From assembly GCA_024638385.1 (NCBI GenBank), contig JAHEKJ010000001.1, positions 23,838 through 87,837 on the forward strand: a stretch of DNA of 64,000 bases, given 5' to 3'. Made by a program: the position numbers and the translations under genes. Every line of letters begins with the position of its first letter. Positions within the stretch are counted from its first letter, which is position 1. This DNA comes from Gammaproteobacteria bacterium. GTDB taxonomy: Bacteria; Pseudomonadota; Gammaproteobacteria; GCA-001735895. Below, piece by piece: positions 57,909-64,000 of the stretch. The notes under the pieces were generated by a model. The model was given only the letters and a program-made list of their open reading frames with translations. It had not been told where the DNA came from and searched no databases.

Positions 57909-59216
57909 GTGCAAATCAGGCGACTCGACAGCCGCGCCGCGGGCTTCGACCGCGATCTCGACGCGCTGCTTGCGTGGCAGCCCGACGCCGCGGACGACGT
58001 GCTCGCACGCGTCAACGATATCCTCGCCGCGGTGCGCGCGCGCGGCGACGCGGCGCTGCTCGAGCTGACCGCGCGCTTCGACGAGATCGAGGCGAAGTCG
58101 GTTGCCGAGCTGGAAATGCCGGCCGAGCGGCTCGCCCGGGCGCACGCTTCGATCGATGCCGAAGCGCGCGACGCGCTTGAGCTGGCGGCCGCGCGAATCC
58201 GCGCCTACGCCGAAAGACAAAAACTCGAAAGCTGGCGCTACATCGAGGCCGACGGCACGCTGCTCGGCCAGCAGGTCAGTCCGCTCGACCGGGTCGGGCT
58301 GTACGTCCCGGGCGGCAAGGCGGCTTACCCGTCGTCGGTGTTGATGAACGCGATTCCGGCGGTCGTCGCCGGCGTGCCCGAGCTGATCATGGTCGTGCCG
58401 ACGCCGCGCGGCGCGGTCGACGAGCTGGTGCTCGCCGCGGCGCAGATTGCCGGGGTGCACCGCGTATTCACGATCGGCGGCGCGCAGGCGGTCGCGGCGC
58501 TCGCCTACGGCACCGAAACCGTGCCCGCGGTCGACAAGATCGTCGGTCCGGGCAATATCTACGTCGCGACCGCCAAGCGGCTGGTGTACGGCACCGTCGG
58601 CATCGACATGGTCGCCGGGCCGTCCGAAATCCTCGTCATCTGCGACGGCAAGACCGATCCCGACTGGATCGCGATGGACCTGTTCTCGCAGGCCGAGCAC
58701 GACGAGGATGCGCAGGCGATTCTGTTGTCGCCGGACGGCGACTTTCTCGACCGCGTCGAGGCCAGCATCGCCCGCCTGCTCGAGGCGATGCCGCGGCGCG
58801 CGATCATCGAGCAGTCGCTCGGCGCGCGCGGCGCGCTGGTCGAGGTCGCCGATCTCGACGAGGCGGCCGAGATCGCCAATCGGATCGCGCCCGAGCATCT
58901 CGAGCTTTCGCTCGACGACGCCGAGAATTTCGCGCGCTCGATTCGTCACGCCGGCGCGATCTTTCTCGGCCGCCATACCGCCGAGGCGATCGGCGATTAC
59001 TGCGCCGGTCCCAACCACGTGTTGCCGACGTCGCGCACCGCGCGCTTCTCGTCGCCGCTCGGGGTCTACGATTTCCAGAAGCGAACCAGCCTGATCGGCT
59101 GTTCGCCCGCCGGCGCCGATGCGCTTGGCCGCGTCGCGTCGACGCTGGCGCAAGGCGAAGGTCTCGTCGCGCACGCGCGCTCGGCGGAGTTCCGCGTCGA
59201 CAAGACCGGGTCCTAG
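57909..59216 (+). CDS. hisD: Histidinol dehydrogenase
   Basis: [53 protein letters not shown]. Confidence 0.98.
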   Translation: MQIRRLDSRAAGFDRDLDALLAWQPDAADDVLARVNDILAAVRARGDAALLELTARFDEIEAKSVAELEMPAERLARAHASIDAEARDALELAAARIRAYAERQKLESWRYIEADGTLLGQQVSPLDRVGLYVPGGKAAYPSSVLMNAIPAVVAGVPELIMVVPTPRGAVDELVLAAAQIAGVHRVFTIGGAQAVAALAYGTETVPAVDKIVGPGNIYVATAKRLVYGTVGIDMVAGPSEILVICDGKTDPDWIAMDLFSQAEHDEDAQAILLSPDGDFLDRVEASIARLLEAMPRRAIIEQSLGARGALVEVADLDEAAEIANRIAPEHLELSLDDAENFARSIRHAGAIFLGRHTAEAIGDYCAGPNHVLPTSRTARFSSPLGVYDFQKRTSLIGCSPAGADALGRVASTLAQGEGLVAHARSAEFRVDKTGS

Positions 59217-59295
59217 CCCCGGCCGGCCGCGCGTCAGGCCGTCGCACGCGGCGGTTTCGGGTTCACCCTCTCCACGCAAAAAATTCTGCGACGGC

Positions 59296-59324
59296 TTGCA
59301 GTTTTTAATATTTGGGAATATAAT
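59296..59324 (+). promoter_or_regulatory. Sigma70 promoter of the DUF5666/DUF6502 operon
   Basis: TTGCAG (59296-59301), 17 bp spacer, TATAAT (59319-59324). Confidence 0.7.
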
Positions 59325-59333
59325 CCCAAATAT
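59308..59333. promoter_or_regulatory. Operator 1, TGGGA-N6-TCCCA
   Basis: ATATTTGGGA-atataa-TCCCAAATAT, perfect 10-bp arms overlapping the -10 box. Confidence 0.75.
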
Positions 59334-59394
59334 AGCAATCTAGTCCGCCGCAAATCCACAATTTCGGTGGTTTTTTAAAGACTTTTCAAAGTTG

Positions 59395-59410
59395 TGGGAA
59401 TAGAATCCCA
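59395..59410. promoter_or_regulatory. Operator 2, TGGGA-N6-TCCCA
   Basis: TGGGA-atagaa-TCCCA, 15/16 identical to the operator 1 core, abutting the AAGGAG RBS. Confidence 0.7.
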
Positions 59411-59421
59411 AAGGAGAGACA

Positions 59422-60834
59422 ATGCCAGTATTCAGCAAGAGCAGAATTGCCACCGCCGTGATCCTTTTTAGCGCCATTGCCCTGACCGCCGGATGCGGCG
59501 GCTCGTCGGACGACGACGATTCGACCGAAACCTCGGTCGTCAGCCGCGGCGTGATTACCGGGTTCGGCAGCGTCTACGTCAACGGCCGGCGCTACGCGAC
59601 CGACGCCGCGAGTTTTCGCGTCGACGACACCGTCGGCAGTGAGACCGACCTGCGCGTCGGCATGATCGCGACGGTGCGCGGCTACTCGGATGACGGCGGG
59701 CGCTCGTGGCGCGCGCGGCGGGTCAGCTACGATAACGAACTCAAGGGCCCGGTCAGCAGCATCACGCCCGACCTGGCCGACCCGACGCGCAAGACCCTGA
59801 TCGTGCTGGGGCAAAGGGTGCTAATCAATAGCAAGACCCGATTCGACGACGACCACGACCTTACTTTCGACAGTCTCGCGGTCGGCGACGTGCTCGAGAT
59901 AGACGGTTACCATGGCCCCGACGGATTGGTCGCGACCTACGTCGAGAAACAGGAAGATGATTCCGAGTTCGAGATCAAGGGCCGCATTGAGAAACTCATC
60001 GGGGACCGGTTCGAAATTCGCGGCTTGCCGGTCGTGTTCGACTCGACGACGGATCTCGACGGCATCAAGGCGGTTGTCGAGGGGCTCTACGTCGAGGTCG
60101 AGGGCCGTCTCGATTCGCTCGGCACGACGCTGCTCGCGCAATCGATCGAGCGTGAAGACGACGACTTCGACGATGCCGACGAACTCGAGATCGAGGGCAT
60201 GATCATGGAATTCGATAGGTCGACGAAAATCTTCAAGATTGGCGAGCAGCGCGTCGACGCCGCCACCGCCGAGCTGATGCCGGCGTCGCTGGAGCTTGCC
60301 GACGGCCTGATCGTAGAGGTCGAGGGTCATCTCGTCGGCGGTGTGCTGATCGCCGAGGAGGTCAAGCAGCGCGGCAAGAAGATCGAGATCGACGCGCCGC
60401 TGGCGGCGGTCGGCGACGATACCGTCACCTTCACCTTCAACGGGATCGATATCGTCGCCCGCGTCGGCGCCGGCACCGAGCTCGAGGACGATACCGGCAA
60501 CCCGGTATTCTCGCTGGCGGATTTCGCGCCCGGCGACTTCGTCGAATTCGAGGCCTTCGCCGACGGTTCGGGCGTACTCAACGCGGTCGAAATCGAGCGC
60601 GAGGCGCCGGACGAGATTGCGATCGAGGCGCCGGTCGAGGCCTTAGATCGCGATAATCGGGCGGTGACCCTGCTCGGTGTCGAATTCGACCTGTCGGCGG
60701 CCCGGTTCGAGAATGCCGCCGATGTCGAAATCTCGGCCGGGGCTTTTTTCGACGCGCTCGACATCGGCGTGTTCATCGAAATCGAGGATGCCGATCGCAA
60801 CGGCGTTTTCGACAAGGCCGAACTCGAGGACTAA
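59422..60834 (+). CDS. DUF5666-like repeat lipoprotein
   Basis: Lipobox-like TAG-C followed by GGSS; G.ITGFGSVYVNG; L.VGM; about six repeats of L..G..VEVEG; very acidic. Confidence 0.82.
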   Translation: MPVFSKSRIATAVILFSAIALTAGCGGSSDDDDSTETSVVSRGVITGFGSVYVNGRRYATDAASFRVDDTVGSETDLRVGMIATVRGYSDDGGRSWRARRVSYDNELKGPVSSITPDLADPTRKTLIVLGQRVLINSKTRFDDDHDLTFDSLAVGDVLEIDGYHGPDGLVATYVEKQEDDSEFEIKGRIEKLIGDRFEIRGLPVVFDSTTDLDGIKAVVEGLYVEVEGRLDSLGTTLLAQSIEREDDDFDDADELEIEGMIMEFDRSTKIFKIGEQRVDAATAELMPASLELADGLIVEVEGHLVGGVLIAEEVKQRGKKIEIDAPLAAVGDDTVTFTFNGIDIVARVGAGTELEDDTGNPVFSLADFAPGDFVEFEAFADGSGVLNAVEIEREAPDEIAIEAPVEALDRDNRAVTLLGVEFDLSAARFENAADVEISAGAFFDALDIGVFIEIEDADRNGVFDKAELED

Positions 60835-60842
60835 CCCTGACA

Positions 60843-60873
60843 CGAACCCGCGGCGCATCGGGCCGCGGGTTCG
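60843..60873 (+). other. Intergenic GC-rich stem-loop within the operon
   Basis: cgaacccgcggc-gcatcgg-gccgcgggttcg, 12-bp perfect stem, no U-tract on plus strand. Confidence 0.6.
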
Positions 60874-60886
60874 AAAACGGAGATTT

Positions 60887-61687
60887 ATGCAGCAAACGCT
60901 TCGTCAAAGCCTGCGCAAGATACTGATGGCGCTGATCCGCACGCTGCTGCGTAACGGCATGTCCTACGGCGAGTTCGACCAGATCGCGCGCAAGTCCTTC
61001 GTCGACGTCGCGTTTCGCGACCTCAAGCCGGCGCGCAAGAAGCAGACCGTGTCCAACGTCGCGATCCTGACCGGGCTCAACCGCAAGGAAGTCAAGAAAC
61101 TGCACGAGCTTGATGCCGGTCAGGACGACGGCAAGAGCCAGCAATACAATCGGGCCGTGAGGGTCATCGGCGGCTGGCTAAACGATCCGCGGTTCCTGCG
61201 CAAGGACGGCAATCCGCGCGATCTCGATTACGAGGGCGAGGATTCCTTCGGCGAGCTGGTGCGCCGGTACAGCGGCGACATGCCGGTAGCGGCAATGCAG
61301 AAGGTGCTGGCCAGTTCGGGCAATATCAGTTTCATCGACGGCAACAAGGTTCGCCTGCTGAGCCATGCCTACCTGCCGGCCGACGACCCCGACGAAAAAA
61401 TCGCGATCCTCGGCAACGATACCGGCCAGCTGATCGAGACCATCGAATTCAACCTGACCGCGGCCGAGGAAGACCTGCGCTTTCAGCGCAAGGCGTCCAA
61501 CCCGCAGATCGACCCCGACGCGGTCCCCGAAATCAAGCGGTTTTTACGGCGCAAGGGGCAGGCCTTCCTCGAAGAGGTCGACCTGTACCTGAGCCAGCAC
61601 GAATCGCGCGACGACTCCGGCGTCGACGTCAGCGTCAGCGTCTTCTATCACGAGTCGGACGACACAGACCAGGAACCACAGGAATGA
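60887..61687 (+). CDS. DUF6502-like protein with N-terminal helix-turn-helix
   Basis: GGAG RBS; L.R.LLR.G.SY.EF....R..FVDVA, TVSNVAILTGLNRKEVKKL, VIGGW..DP.F, SF.ELVR.YS.D. Confidence 0.8.
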   Translation: MQQTLRQSLRKILMALIRTLLRNGMSYGEFDQIARKSFVDVAFRDLKPARKKQTVSNVAILTGLNRKEVKKLHELDAGQDDGKSQQYNRAVRVIGGWLNDPRFLRKDGNPRDLDYEGEDSFGELVRRYSGDMPVAAMQKVLASSGNISFIDGNKVRLLSHAYLPADDPDEKIAILGNDTGQLIETIEFNLTAAEEDLRFQRKASNPQIDPDAVPEIKRFLRRKGQAFLEEVDLYLSQHESRDDSGVDVSVSVFYHESDDTDQEPQE

Positions 61688-63197
61688 AACACCAGCGAAG
61701 GAATCCGATCAGGATATCGACCACCCTCGGCGCGGCGCTGCTCGCCAGCACGCTGCTGAGCTCCTGCGGCAGCGGCGGCAGCGCCGCGGTCGCGATCATC
61801 AACGCCGGCATCGGCGGCACCGGCATCGTCTTCGGTACGATCACCGGTTTCGGCAGCGTCTGGGTCAACGGACGGCGCTTCGAGATCGACGGCAGCGAAA
61901 TCATCGTCGACGGCGAATTGAAGACTCAGGACGAACTCAAAATCGGCATGGTCGTCCGGCTCGACGTCGACACCGAAAACGGGATGTTCGGCGGCACCGC
62001 GGCCAGGGTCGTGTTTGACGACGCGATCCAGGGCCCGCTCAACGGTGCACCGATCCCGGTCGTCGGCTCGGGCGGCAGCGCCAAGCGGTTCAAGATCCTA
62101 GAGCAGTACGTCACTATCGACGCGAACCGGACGCTCTTTAACGGCACCGACTTCGGCTTCGCAACGATCGCCGATGACGATGTCGTCGAGGTCAGCGGCT
62201 TTCGCACCGCGCCTGACGAAATCGTCGCAACCTACGTCCGCAAGGTCGACCTCCCGCCGACGGCCTCAATCGAGGTCGAATTTCGCGGAACGATCCAGTC
62301 CTTGATGGTCGACAATTTCAAAATTAATGGCGTGACTGTCAATTTAGATACCGTGATAGAAATCGACGTCGACGGCGGACAGCTCGAGGAGGGGATGTTG
62401 GTCGAGGTCGAGGGCTTCTTCGTGTCAGATACTGAGGTGGACGCGCTCAAGATCGAGGCGGAAGACGAAGACTTCGGCGAAGCCGTCGACGAGATCAGCC
62501 TGCAGGGTATCGTCTCGGGGTACAGCCCCACCGGCGCCGGGTTGAACGAACCATTCTTCATCAATGGCCAGCTGGTCGACGCGAGCGGGGCCGAGCGCGA
62601 ACCGGAGAACATCGAAAGCCTGATGCAGAACGGCCTCGAAGTCGAGGTCGAGGGCGAAATCGTCAATGGAATCCTGATCGCCGAGGAACTCGAGTTGCGC
62701 GACGGCGATACCGAGGTGCGCGCGACCGTGTTCAGCAAGGACCCGAGCGGCAGCTTCGTCGTCGAGTTTCCCGTCGGCAAGCTCACGATCACCACCAACG
62801 GGATCACGGTGTTCGAGGACGAATCGGAAACGCCGATACCAGGCTACTCGTTTCAGGACCTCGCCATCGGTCACTTCGTCGAGGTCGAGGGAGTCGAAGT
62901 CGAGGGAGTCGGGAGCAAAGATACTTTGAGTGCACAAGTCGTCAAGCGTCGCAAGCCGAACGATCTCAAGCTGCAGGGCGTGGTCGATGAGATCGATTCA
63001 ACGGCTTTATCGATCACGATTCTCGACCTTACCTACCCGATGGATTCAGATGCGATATACGAAGAGAACCCGACGATGACGGCTACCGAGTTTTTCGATC
63101 CGGGATACCTGATGGTCGGCGATATTGTCGAGCTGGAGGACAACCATTCCGAGAGTGATCCCGCCGACGGCTTCGCCGACGCGGCTGAGACCGACGA

Positions 63198-63201
<4 letters not shown>
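61684..63201 (+). CDS. DUF5666-like repeat lipoprotein 2
   Basis: ATGA overlap; lipobox LSS-C; GIGGTG..FGTITGFGSVWVNG; repeated G..VEVEG; acidic. Confidence 0.82.

Positions 63202-64000
<799 letters not shown>

Overview
High-GC, gene-dense chromosomal segment, most likely from a free-living gammaproteobacterium (inferred from gene content and order). The backbone is housekeeping: ftsYEX, rsmD-coaD-yfhL-ggt, mutM, rpmBG, folBK, hisC, uppP, cca, rhlB-trxA-rho, nrdAB, the kdsD-kdsC-lptCAB-rpoN-hpf-ptsN-rapZ-HPr-mgtE cluster, fabA, murA-hisG-hisD and a DegS-like protease. I see no rRNA, tRNA, CRISPR array, prophage or intact transposase. Two accessory modules stand out. (1) A 96-aa secreted protein made of four [QR]-[GA]-N-P-H repeats lies head-to-head with a membrane-anchored ToxR/CadC-like regulator (winged helix, TM, TolB-N-like, TPR, Cys-less rhodanese), a candidate peptide- or ligand-sensing one-component system. 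(2) A DUF5666-like lipoprotein / HTH-containing DUF6502-like / DUF5666-like lipoprotein operon has a near-consensus sigma70 promoter and RBS, each covered or abutted by a TGGGA-N6-TCCCA palindrome, a candidate new autorepressor and operator. Other points of interest: a Tat-exported aldo-keto reductase coupled to an NTT-like transporter, a TolC+MlaC pair where mlaFEDCB usually lies, a Gld-like ABC + MipA operon, a decaying ECF sigma/anti-sigma pair, an FNR box plus palindrome upstream of a DUF2892 gene, and a covarying palindromic repeat behind two DNA glycosylase genes. All family assignments come from motif recognition by eye, not database searches.
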